A stretch of DNA of 64,000 nucleotides, from assembly GCA_036172245.1 (NCBI GenBank), contig JAYWIR010000018.1:620001-684000 (forward strand). Direction: 5' to 3'. Shown piece by piece: positions 1 to 11,900 of the stretch. The notes below the pieces were generated by a model. It had not been told where the DNA came from, searched no databases, and was given only the letters and a program-made list of their open reading frames with translations. This DNA comes from Raillietiella orientalis. Its lineage: Eukaryota. A program made the translations under genes and the position numbers. Position 1 is the stretch's first letter; each line of letters opens with the position of its first letter.

Positions 1-499
1 TCTCTAGGAAGAGGTCGCCCACATCCGGTCTGTGGGACCCCTTCCCTCCCTGAACTTTTCCAGGCGTAGGGAAGGAAGATCGAGGACCCTCCGCTGGGTC
101 AGGGAGGGACGGGCCGCCTTCCCGCAGGGGGCGAGGAAAAAAGAACGTAGATTTTCCTCGTTCCTTCTTCCGCCGCCGATACGTGTGCTTCCCGACCGGA
201 ACTCCGTCGGCTAATTGGGAGTCCCCCAAATGCAAGCCGGAACTCCTCCTCCTTCCCTTTCCCCTTCCCCCCCTTCCTCTTCCCTTCTTCTGCGGAAAAG
301 AAAAACAAAAGTCGGCGGCGCCGAGGTGGGACGCGAGGTTTACTCGTTCGGGATATGCGGGGGTTGCAAAGACATCCCTCCCCTTCTCCCCCCTTCCCCC
401 TCTTTTTCTGTGAAGCCACTGAGGGAGCAACCGGGCGGTTTCCAGTAACGTGCGGCGGAGTTGGCGGCGGAGCGCGCGTTTCCTCCTCCACTGCCAGCC

Positions 500-3400
500 C
501 GTGTCTTCTGGGAGAGCCAGAGGAAGGCGATGTGCGATCTTTTCGGTCCGCTCGTGCTGGACTGATAATTTGGGGAAGGGGAGGATACCGGATGTTCCCG
601 CTTTTCACCTTCCCCTTTCCCTTCAGCCCCTTTTCCGCTAGAGGGAGACTCCCATGCACCCACTGAGCGAGTCGGCTCCGCCGCCTGGCAAGGGCGGCGG
701 CTCTTCCTGAGGCTCCCGCGCAGCAGCGCGCTTCCCAGAGAGGACAGAGTGAGCCCGGCAGCAGTCTATCGTAGGGCTGATGGCCGGGATGGCGCCGAGC
801 GCCGCGTGGCCGGCTCTGTATCGCCCTCCCCGAGTGGAACCTGCAAGAGGTCACAGAGAGCCGCGCACGCTGGTCCTGCTAGAGGCGAGCAGGCGGTACC
901 TGTTCGGTCGCTTTTTGCACAACTGCGTGAGGTGGACGATGGCGTCGCCGTCTTCGGGGCGCGGTGGCTCCTGGACCCGCTTCCCGGCGGAGGGAGAAGG
1001 ACCGAAGAGGCCGAAGGTGGGTCCTGCCGAGGGAGGGAGGGGGGTCCACGTGCTTCCGGTCCGAGGTCCCGCAAGAGAGAGGAGAGGGAGAGGGGGGAGG
1101 GAAGGATCGCTCTGGGAGACGACGCCTGCCGGAGCCGGGGGAAGGGTGCCTGGCGACCGCTCGGTGGGGTTCCGGGAGGCGGGCGCGCAGGGTAGGCGGC
1201 GCTTGAAAAACAGGGAAGACAGCTCGCCGGCACAGCCACTCCAGACTTGGGAAGACCTCGGGAGTTCCGCCTCCTGCCCACCTCTGGCCGCTGTGGCACC
1301 ACCGTTCCCTCTGGAAGGGATCAGAGGTGGGCACACGCTGTCTCTCCTCAGCTCCTTCGCTCGGGAAGAGGGAGGAGGGCTATTTCGGTTCTGTTCACGC
1401 CGCAGCATACCCTGCCCGGGCCCCTCTTCCTCGATCCTGCTCTAGGGAACCGTGTTTCTTCCCTGTTCCGGGATGACCGACTCCTGACCGGACTTCGCTG
1501 AAAGAGAGGCACTCCCGTAAGGATGACCTCGCTGGCTTCGAGGTTTCCAGAAACATTCAGCTGAGGGTAGCTGCCCCTCCAACCATTGCTTCTCGCTTAG
1601 GGAAGTCAGGACGACGGGGGGGTTCGTCATCAGGAAGTCCTTCCCACGGGGTCGAGAGCTTCCCTTCTCGAGCGGCTCCACGGACTCATGTTCCTCGTTG
1701 CGACGGCCCGCGCCGTAAGCTTCGCCTTGGGGGAGCTCCGCACACGTTGGGTGGGTCCGCACCCTTCGAAGCTCCCGCTTTTCGCGCCATCTACGAGAAA
1801 CCACGGGAACTCGCAGTGTGGCAGGTCAGGAAGCTCGAACTCGGGTCGGAATTCCAGCCCCAGGAGGGAGGAAAGCAGGAGGAGGAGTCAAGAATGCACG
1901 GGATGATTTCCGCCTACCCTGTTGGATCCCGCGGCGGGATCCTCGGCGCCCCGCTCGTGCTTGCACGACCAGACTGCTAAGAAACCCGCCGCGGCATGGA
2001 CGGGGTGGTGCTCCACTCCCGGAAATTTTCTTTTCCGAAGAGAATCCACAAGAAAACCGCTCCTGTTTACTCCTCTGAAGAGAACCCCGAAGGGATCCTT
2101 CGGAAACTTTGGTAGGTACGAATGCAGGAAACGTGTCTCTGGTTCGGAGCGGGCCTCCGTGCGGTTCCTCGATGGGGGACACTGCCTCCGGGCCTTTCTG
2201 CGGCTGGCGGTTGACCTTCCCCCTCCGCCCTTGTAGGCGCTGCAGGATGAACCCCAGGGCTTTCTTTTGCTCTCATCCGCTGCTCAGTCCATCTCAGCCG
2301 GGCGTAGACTGCTGGAGGCGCCCTCAGCAGAGGAGGGTGCGAGTGCTGGCGCTACGCATGCCGAGACGACAGCAGCGCACGCATGAGAGATTGCTCACGC
2401 GGAGCCGCCGGAGCTCCCAGCTCCCCTCCAGCAGCTCGACACTCCCGGAAGCCGTGCGTGGCTTTCGGTGGTGGTGCGTGGTGCGTGCGGGGGCGGGAGG
2501 AAAACAGGTTTGTTTCTGGAGTGCTCGATGCGCTCCTTTTGACGTGATCTATCGGACCGTCTTGCAGCAGCGACGAGTGCCCTCACGTATTCCTCTCGGG
2601 AGGTTCGGATTCGACCGCAGCGACCGATGGTCTCCGGTGCCCGCTCGGAAACGGTAGGCAGGTGCGGACTGTGGTCGTTTCCAGCTCCCTTTTGGGAGGG
2701 GACCTCACGACGGACAGCTAGTCGTTGAGATTTCCGGAGGGGGAAAGGAGGTCTTCTACAGAGCATGCAATAGAGTCTCGTCCGCTACCGTTTTCGTGTC
2801 CAGGTTGCTCATCTCCTCGAGAGAGAGGAAGGCGGCGGAAGCGCTTCGGTCGCTTCCCGGGAACAGACCAAAATAAGTCGCAGAGACACTTAAAGGTCAC
2901 CCCTAGTCGAGGAACCGGAGGCTCCATCTTACTAAGCCTCGTGGAAGTTTGGCCTTCTCTTCCCTTCCAGGAGAGCGACTACATCACCCTGTTTCAGAAC
3001 GTGTTCGGTTCCTTGGCATGCTGTGGATGATGTGCACCTACAAGAGGTTTTCGTAGGATCCCTCGTCCCTTCTCCGAGGAGAGGCGGAGTAGACTGCGTT
3101 GGTTCTGACTCGAGGGACCTGTTACTGGTGCTGAGTGGGTACAACGAATGTCGGCAGTCCAAGGATAAGAGGGAGGTAGTCTGGACTTTCCTGAAGAAAG
3201 CCCGAGACCGAACTGGATGCCGTGGCACCTGCATATCTGCTCTCGCTGCTAAAGAAAAGTCTCAGCTTCGCTGTGACTGGAGCTCGCCGATAGTCGTGTA
3301 AATTTTTGGAAGGTGTCTCTAGCGACTTGCTACAGAGGGGGCCGTGAGAGTGCAGCTGGTCCTTCGAGAATAGAAAAGAAGAGGAGTTGGAAAAGAGAAT

Positions 3401-3800
3401 TTCTCCGAGTTTCCCAGCATCCATTTTGGGACGAGGACGAGCGTTTTCTGTCTCTTGTTCGATCTGTCTGGTGTGCCCCTTCGAGCGTGAGGGTCACTCA
3501 TGTAAGTGGTCTGGCAAACCAGCACGGAGCGCGCAAATGATGCTTCGCAGTAGTATTTTATCACTATCGATGGGCTTCCTGCTGGTTGTGTTCGACTCTG
3601 GATCTTATCTGACGGGAGACTTGAGTCTGCATCTCCTCTTACCAGCATCCTCCCGCACTACGAGCGATACTACATGCCTGTCATCTTCGTCGGGTGAGCA
3701 CTTCCGATGGCTGCATCATGCGTGGTGCAATTAGCGCATTCATATCCTTATGACTACTGAGAAAGGACTGTAGCCTCCTCAGGACACAAAGATGAGATTC
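500..3800 (+). mobile_element. Heavily decayed BEL/Pao LTR-retrotransposon pol remnant (RT end, RNase H, integrase); many frameshifts and stops
   Basis: Collinear eroded motifs across shifting frames, with family consensus in brackets: PLSESAP..RLFLRLPRSSALPREDRV (~660-755; PLGxxAP..KLFLQxLWxxxLxWDD), LVLLEASRRY (~870; HxFxDASxxAY), GNRVSSL (~1446; ANRVxEI), PPTIASRLG (~1575; NPADIASRG), RWVGP (~1745; WWxGP), HERL.HA (~2382), RVPSRIPLGRFGFD (~2575; RVxxxxPFxxVGxD), WKF/PSLPFQESDY (~2942), FWDEDERFLSL (~3424; FWxRWxxEYL). The order matches Pao pol. Boundaries are approximate. Confidence 0.6.
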
Positions 3801-3899
3801 CCCTGAGAGCGATGAACCGGGAAGGAAACTGAGCTGACGTGATAGGAAACCTGGCTGCAGTTGTAATTTTCTCTTATGCTTTTCGCTGATGTTTCTCCA

Positions 3900-5000
3900 C
3901 TATGATCCTCGCCGCGACAGGGACTCTCGCGCAAGGTGTGGCAGGGTTTTCTCTCCACATCAGCCACAGCTGGAGATGGCATCTGCGCGCACGTTTGCCA
4001 GGAGGAAGAGAGAGAGGTAGAGAAGAAGGAATAAGGAGAAGCAACTACCCCATCGTGCTTTCCATCATGGACATCTGAGAGCGCTGTCCACGGATCTTTG
4101 TCTTCAAGACGGATGCTTCCCTTTCCCAGATGTGACGGCTGCTGCAGGCGTTCTCTGTTGGTAAGCTACGGCGTGAAAACTTCCATCCCGAATTACCCTC
4201 TCCAGCTCGTCGTGGGAGGATCAGGGGAAAGGATTGAGGGAGGGGGGATACTTTGCTTTTCAACATCTTCCGATTGCAAAGTAAACGCTCTGGCTTCATC
4301 AGAGTCAGGAAGTGAGATGAAAGCGAAGGATTGCAATTCACAGGAACGTACTTTTGAAGATGACATGGAGGGAGGGAGGACCAAGGTGCCCGCCCTCCTC
4401 CAAAGCTAAGGCAATCTCTAGATCCACCAATTGTAAACCTTCAGCAGGACATTTGCAAGGCAGCGCGTGCACGCGTCAGCCCCAGGGAAAGTGCAACTGA
4501 CCTTTCTCTTCTCTGAACTTCATCTCCATTGGTGTGTTTCGCAAGTCGAGAGATTCGAATTTGGAGATGCGGACGTTGCTATTGGCGATCCCCTGCAACC
4601 TCAGTGGTCTCAAATTCTCCAACATGATCGATCGACGGGGATGGGAGGAGGGGGGGCGTAGCGCAACGTTTCCTCATGGACGTGGAACCCTCTATAGCGA
4701 GCTCTTACTGATTGTCCGTCTGCTCACCTCAACTGTCGACTAGAAAAGATGCTTTAACAGCGCGCTGGAAAGTCCCATTACTGTGGGAGCAGCAGCACAC
4801 CGCCGAGCAACCCATCATGACGCATGCTCTTGTCAATGAGAGAGTTCTCGAATGATCATCGTGGCGGAGGAAACAATCGCTGTTTGACCAAGCTACGCTG
4901 CTCCTAAACAGGCACGACCCTCGAGCCGCTCCTCGGGGCCGAGTCAACTTTCCAGGCGCCGTATTACCTCGGCATGGAAGAAGACACGGAAAATGAAAGT
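3900..5000 (-). mobile_element. Possible decayed BEL/Pao gag-protease fragment
   Basis: Minus-strand RAVKASFLVDS* (~4770-4730) resembles the Pao aspartic protease RALLDSGS. It is followed by PPSILSPD..W and SGWKFS, which resemble PDILIGxD and GWILSG. Weak, eroded similarity. Confidence 0.3.
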
Positions 5001-8000
5001 AGCTAAAGCACTCGCAAACTCAGAACACGTTGCTCCACGTGAATACATAGCCTAACGGATATCTATTTATCTAGAGAGCACGTCAGCGATCAAGCGCGCA
5101 CCGCAAAACCCACCCCCGTGAGCTCCGCGTCTAGGTCTACCCAGTCCCGTGGCAACTGGGAGTTGTTTGCTTGGTTGTTTTTGTTCTCCTCCCCCTTCTT
5201 TCCTTTCTTTTTTTAGGCATCCGCTCAGCATACACACAGCAGTCGGTGCAAAGTGATCGAAGAACGCTGGATTTGTCGACTCTGGCAACAGGGGCAGATT
5301 TTCCTTTCGAAGCGTCTTGCCTTATTTCGAACATGCAACCTTACAGCCAATGACGCTCTTCCTGATATAAAACATATGTTCCTCCCCCTCCCCCTTCCAA
5401 AATTAACTAAGGAATGCAGAATGATTTGCTCCGGTTGGCAGCAGCTGCTAAGAAAATTCTTCTTAGGAAGAAAACTGAGAGCAAGAATTCTAAGAGCTAT
5501 TTAAAAATCATTGGCTGAGAACTGAGAGGATTGAGCTAGAGGACGCGAAAAACAAACGCCCACTTTCTGGAATGAATTGGAGACATCATTGTTTTCCTGC
5601 GGGTAGCCTTTTTTTCCCCTCCCTACTTGACACAGGGAAAGCTGTCATGGGAACCAGTTATTCTTAAGACGAGGGAGCATTTCCTATTCGATTTTCTTTT
5701 ATCCAGGCTCTTGGAATACGTTCTGATCTCTTGTCATGAGGCGATTCCAATAGTCAGGATGTTTCGAGGTATACATGCAGAAAAGGTAACTTCAGAGCTG
5801 GAGATGGTTGGCTGCATAATGCAACGCGAGTCATCCGTTTCTTTTGCACGTTAAAGATCGTCGTCATCTTGTGATGAGCCTGCGGTTCAACTCATTCTCA
5901 TGGAGGGAAAATACACGCTCGCTGAATGCCGCTCAGTTACCCAGGTAGTTGGGATCTCAAAGAAGAGAGAATCCACTGATGCGAGGGTTCTTTCGTGTTC
6001 ACACCGTGGACGCGCACCGGAATGCTAGGGAAGCGTCGCAGTCTCTGCCTGGAATCACTGGCTCGGAGGTTGAGGTGTAAGGGGAAATATTTTGGCAGAG
6101 AGCACGTAGTGAGCTCACATAGATGATTGTGAGCCGCGGAGGGGACAAAACCTGAAATGCAAGAGAGAAAGCAAAATTATCAGTGGAGTTTCTGAGCGGT
6201 CACGGGCAACTGCAGAACAGAACGTCCTGATGATCTTGCTTTATAAAACTGGTTTCGAAGCATGTGCTCTCATTGGCAGTGGTGTAAGATAGCTGTAAGC
6301 TGAGAATGCTGAGGAGAGCATGTTGCGCAGAGAATACAGTCGTTCCGCAAACTGGGGTGGTCGACGAGAATGTTCGTCCTATGTACCTTGTGGTAATTAA
6401 AAGAAAAAAGCCTTAGTTGAAGGGGGGGGGGGAACCTGAATCAAAGTTTTTCCGGCCATAAAAGTTACGATACTCATTCTTCACAAACCTGTCAAGTTAA
6501 CCGACACGAGCTTTCCGACTGCTGCATGCTTGTAGGAATTGCAGCAATCTCAGCTGCTTTCACTGTTGTGGATTCCAAGAGTGTCCGAGTGGCATTTTCA
6601 ATGGTTATATCCTCAGCTGGCTAGGGGAGTCTTCTCATCTGCTCAACCGCAGCTTCATTTCTTCCTTTCCTTCAGTTATTTCGGACATCTTAGAGTGAAC
6701 AAGGGAGGAGCTCGATACTCGAGCCTCTATTTGTTATCATTACCTGACACTTTAGGTAGTTCAATTTGTACGTTGCATTCGAGCAAATGTGTTTGAATTT
6801 TTGAATGTCTTTGAGCAAATTTTCGTAGCTTTGTGTTGTTAATCTTCATTACAACTCGTATGAGGGTAGAATCTTTAGTTCTTATCCAGGAATACATGAA
6901 AGAAATATGTCTTGTGAGCCATGATAGACGCTTCCCTGGAAGAACCTGTCCCCTGATTGCTTTATACGCCGATTATACATGCTGCCAAGTTATCTATACA
7001 TAGCAATGTACCTTGCGAGTGCAAACGGATAACAAGGCACACTTGGCTCCCGAATTCTGCATCTTAGCATCTGCATCTGCTGCAGCTCCGCTTACCACTT
7101 TCGCGGCTCTTGATCTTCGTTCTATAAGTGCTACGAAAAGCAGCCACAGCGAGTTCGATTAATTTCTTGCTGTTCGCTCACTCTTGATGATGATTCTGCA
7201 TCTGAACGTTTCCTTTCAGGCAGATTCCTTTGATGCTCAGGGGAAAAAGAACCCCCTCTTCGTAATTGCATTTTTCCATTGTGCAAATATTTTGGATGAT
7301 ACTCATCTCGTTCTCGTCTTTCTCACTCTCTCTCTTCTCTCCAAAACACACACAAAAAAAATCCACATTCTAAATCCGATACAAACAATACTGAGCCTAA
7401 TTAATGATGCAAATAATGATGACGCGCTGTTGGCTAATTTTTCCCATTTATTCGCCAAACTTGAGCAACACATCTACCGGTGGCAGCAGCGGGTATCGCG
7501 CACGAAGAATTTCCGGAGGACGCTGCATGCCTTCGGCAATGGCCTGGGCTCGTTGAGCATGCGAATTCAGCCGTTCTTGCCTTCTCTCCTTTCTTCTCTC
7601 CCTTTTTTTTTTTTTTTTTTTCTTCTCTCTCCTGGCCCTGGAAGCATAGTTCACACTGAGGATTGACATCTCGCGAAAGCAAAAGCGTTTCTTGGTTACC
7701 ACGGCGATGGGTTTCGTTTTCGTAGGCCTACGTTCCTCTGCCAGTCCGCCATCCTTCAGCGCGCGGCACGCAATTCGTCGGCGCCGTCGGCGCTTCGACG
7801 AGGAGGGAGCACAGGAAAGTGAGCAAGCCAGAAGACTTCCTTTCTCTCTATTCCTAAATGCACGCGTGAGATGGGATACTCAAGCGCAGGAGCAGCATCG
7901 AGATGCGCAGTTTCCGGTGAGAGGGGGAGGGGAGTCTTCAGGGGGTGGGGAGAGTTCCTCCCCCGCTCAGAAGAGGGTGCTTGCTGGCCTCGCAGGGTCA

Positions 8001-8920
8001 TGCTGCTTTTCCAGAAGCTACCGGGAGGCAGACAGGGAAGGTGAGGACTCTCAAAAGCCTGCGATTCTTCGCTTCTGGGATCTCAGGAGCCTCGGGAAAG
8101 CGTGAGAGGAGGGGAAGAGCTCCAACAGATTTCTCTGCCACGACTTCTCGTCCACAGGGGGGAGTTTCTCCCCCAATCGCATCCCTCATTCCACTTACCT
8201 TTCCTCGTATCTGCTTCCCCCCCTCCCCTCACGATTGGCCGCGCCTTCGCCCTCTCGGAGAAGGCCAGAGTCGTGAAAACCACGTCACCTGCTCAGGTCC
8301 TGAGGAGGAAGGCTCTCGCCGGAGCACCCTCCGCTCAATAGTGAATGGTCCTCTCAGTCTTCTCCCTTCAGACGCGTAGCCCTGAGCTGGCGCTCTCGTG
8401 CTTCTCCCCTCTCCCCCCCTCCCTGGCTGGCCTGCCAGCTCGTGTTGCCTGAGGCAAGGCATACAGCCCCCAAGGGAACCGGGCGGTCCCTCGCCCCAGG
8501 AGGATGTCGCAAGCAGGAAACACGTCTGTACGGTAGTTAAGAAAGGGAAGGGGAGGGAGAGAGTGCCTTTGTCCTCCTCCTCCTTTCCCTACTACTGCGA
8601 AGTTCCCTTCGTGTTCCTGCCTGCCGTTGCTCCCTTCTCGGCGCACTTCCTCCCAGATAGGGGACGTTCCCTACGAGCTCGCTGCTGGACCTGGGCGATG
8701 TGAAGGCAGGAGGTGGCCCATAAGCAGATAGGGAGAGGGAAGGGGCCATGCGCTCCCTCGTTGGAGCTGCGCGCGCAAGCGCGCCCCGTCTCCTCCCAGC
8801 CTCCTCCTCCTCCGCCGCTGCTCCTTGCAGCCTCCGCTCTGCCAGTCGGCACGAGCGAGAGGCGGCGACGGGAAGGAGGCGGCGAGCGGAGCGTCCCGCA
8901 GTAGCAGCGCTGCTCCAAGG

Positions 8921-11900
8921 ATGCCGTCGGAGTCACCGCTCGCCAAATCCCTGGCTCTGCTCCTCTCTCCTGGGATGCGCCTCGTGTGGAGGATCAGCCA
9001 GCTTGGGCGCCGAGACGAGCAGCGGGTCGCCGCCACCGAGAGGGAATTGTCGGCGCTCAGCCGCAAGATCGTGAGTCCCTCTTTCCCCCTTCCTCCCCCT
9101 TCCCCGTCAGGAACGGGGGACCCGTCTGCTGGCCCCTTCCGGTGGACGCATCGAGCCCGAAGGGTGGGGAGGAGGAGAATGGGTTCTCCCTCTTCCCGGA
9201 AGACCGTGGTCTTCTGTGTCTTTCTTTCTCTTTGCGTATGATGCACTGTCTGATCCGGGCCCACGGCAGCGTTTGGACGTCCCTTTGTCTTTGAGAGAGG
9301 GTAGGGGGATGAGGGAGACGCAGTTTCTCTTCTGTTCCTCAGGGCGCGCACGCGCTGTCGCTCCTTCACCCTTCCTTGAAAGCAACCCTATCCTCGTCAG
9401 TCCGGATGACAGGGAAACAGGGCAACCAGACCCACACTCCGCTTCCCGATATCCTCGATTCGTTCGCTACTGAACCAAAAGGAGCAAGGCGCATCCCGGG
9501 AGGGGACATCCAAGAGAAGCACGGCTGCGCGGGACCCACGACGGTCTAAGGGGAAAAAGCTCCTTGAAATCGGAGGGGTGCAAGTCTCCTCTCCAGCAGT
9601 GCCCACAGCGCCCTCCCCTTAGCTGCGACCTGAGGGACTCTCTGACATCTGACTGGGAAGGCAAATTCTCTCCCTTCCGAATGGAGCGCGCAATTCCAGC
9701 TGCAGCGGAGGAGCTGCGTTTCCTTCCACGACTTGGACCGCTGTACCCAGACCACAATCTGCAGAGAACAGGGGGGGGGGGGGTTTAGAGGTTGCTGGAA
9801 GACTGCCGCAACAATGCCAGTTGGCGTGCAACTTGCTGTGGGAGTTCGTTGAGTCGTGAGTGGACGCATGTGCTCGCGTGCTCTTTCGGTGGGCGGCTGG
9901 CGGGTGCGGCTGTAGCTGACAACTTCGCTGCTGCTGTTTCTGTTGACTCATTCCAGACCAAACTGCTCATCAAACTTGACGACCACGAAGTGGAGATGGC
10001 TCAAAGCCAAGACGACGAGGTAAGTTCAGCAGCTTTTCGTTTCCACCTTTGTCCCTCTTTGTCCCCGTTTTGTGCTCGCAACCTTTGCATCCCAAAGAAA
10101 TGCAGGAAAAAAAAAAAAAATCTCTCGTGCATGAATAGTGTGGTAGATAATTCGGTGGATACAGCCAATGGTGTTCAGAATGTGTGCATGCTTCGTGCAG
10201 TAATCTATTCGATTTGTGAATCTATCGCCTTCGGTCCGTCTGCGGTCGCGACCCGGACATGGGTTTCGTTTCATTGCCGTCGTCCTGAGACTCTTGGGTC
10301 CGTCCTTCCAAACGGTGTATGTCCCGCGATCTCGTGCATGTACTCGCAGAGCAACTCACCTGGTGGCTCGCGAAGCTTGAAACGTTGTGTAGGGGAACTC
10401 TCGGCAGGAACATCTCGTTGCCTGTCACCGTGGCGGCGTAAGCACGCGAGATCTCGAATACATCTTAACTTTTTCCTCTCCTCATCACCTGCTCCTTCTG
10501 CATCTTTCCCTAGCCTCGCGGACACACGATCTTCCTACAGGGTCTCCCCTGTTCTCGCCAGAAAAGTTCTCGTCTTTGAAAAGTCCAGGAGAATACCAAA
10601 GACTGCAATGAACAAAACAGAAAGTGGGAGCTGCAGCTGCCCGCATGTTGCCTGTCACAGAAGTACTTGTCCTAACTTTCTCTCCTTTCCTCCTCCGGTC
10701 TCCTCCTCCATGCCGCATCCCGCCGCTGCTAGACTGTCTCGGACGGGGAAACAGGAGGTTCAGCCGAGGAACTCTCTGGCTAAAACCATTACAGTTGGAC
10801 GGGGAGAAGAGGAAGACTTGGTGGAAGGACGTTCCACATTTCCCGTCACGAACTGAAGTGTGCTGAAGGCGAGACAGGAGAGGTCTTTACCGATGCAAGG
10901 GGCACAGGATGTCTGGAAAGTGAGCGAGGTTGAGGCAATCAACTGCAAGAGGGCGCGGAAATGAGAAAGAGGAGAGAGTAGGGCTGAGAGGTTTGTGGTT
11001 CTCCCTCTAGGCCAACATGAGCCTCTTTTCGCAGAGTCCGTGACGATAGCTTGGCGAAAATTTCCAGTGCTCTGGATGAATCCTTCCTCCTCCCAAGTGG
11101 ACGCCGCGGGATATTGGGGAGTCACTTTCCTTTCGTGCATCTCCTATTTACTCTGCTATCCTGTGATAGTATGCTCATCAAAAGTGGTGGGAAGGATCCT
11201 TCCAGACGGTGAGCCTGGACTTCGGCTAAGGACGAAAAGATCAACCGCATAGTTTCGGCAGAGACGAAGTGCCTTCTCATCAGCGCCACGCCCCTGTCTG
11301 ATCAGAAAAGAGGAGGTGGAGCGGGACTGAATCAGGGAATGGGTTTTCCCTTCATCTTCTGAGCAGAGGAAGAATACTCCTGTGACCACAGAGGCTCAGT
11401 ATTTTCCGCGCTTGCAGCGGCGGCACAGCTGAAGCATCCGAGGGTGTAGCGAGGTTTCTTCCCTCCCTTTCTCCTCCCACTGAATCCTAGGTAAAAGAAG
11501 TCGTTAGGAAGAGCACCTCCCCCGGTGACGACGAATTTCCTTCCGAAGGGAAGGAGGAACGTAGAAGTTGGATGCAAGAGAGCGTTGCGACGTGGACTGA
11601 ACACGCAGTGACATTTCGGTATAGTAATCTCGAACATCGGTCGGCGAAAGGCAAGAAAGAGGCAATGACATCTGCAGCTGTTCCAAGTTGGAGGCGGAAG
11701 ATCTTCCGTCATTATGGGAGACTTTATTATCCCTGCACTCAACTGGGAAGGGAAGGGAAGTTCACAAGGCGTGGCAGAGAACAAACGAATCTCCATAGGA
11801 GGCTGAGAGTGATCAAGTGGGTCCAGCTTTGTTCGCCATGACAAAAACATTTTTCTTCAGCGAACGTGGTGTGTACACTGCCTTCGCATACAGAGAACCC

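Noticed and set aside
5800..6900. Possible further Pao RT fragment (KLRYSF, AFTVVDSK..AFS)
   Set aside because: Similarity is too faint to support.
7184..7666. 160-aa ORF MMMILHLNVSF..
   Set aside because: Runs through simple repeats and a poly-T tract, with no recognisable motif or convincing splice partners.
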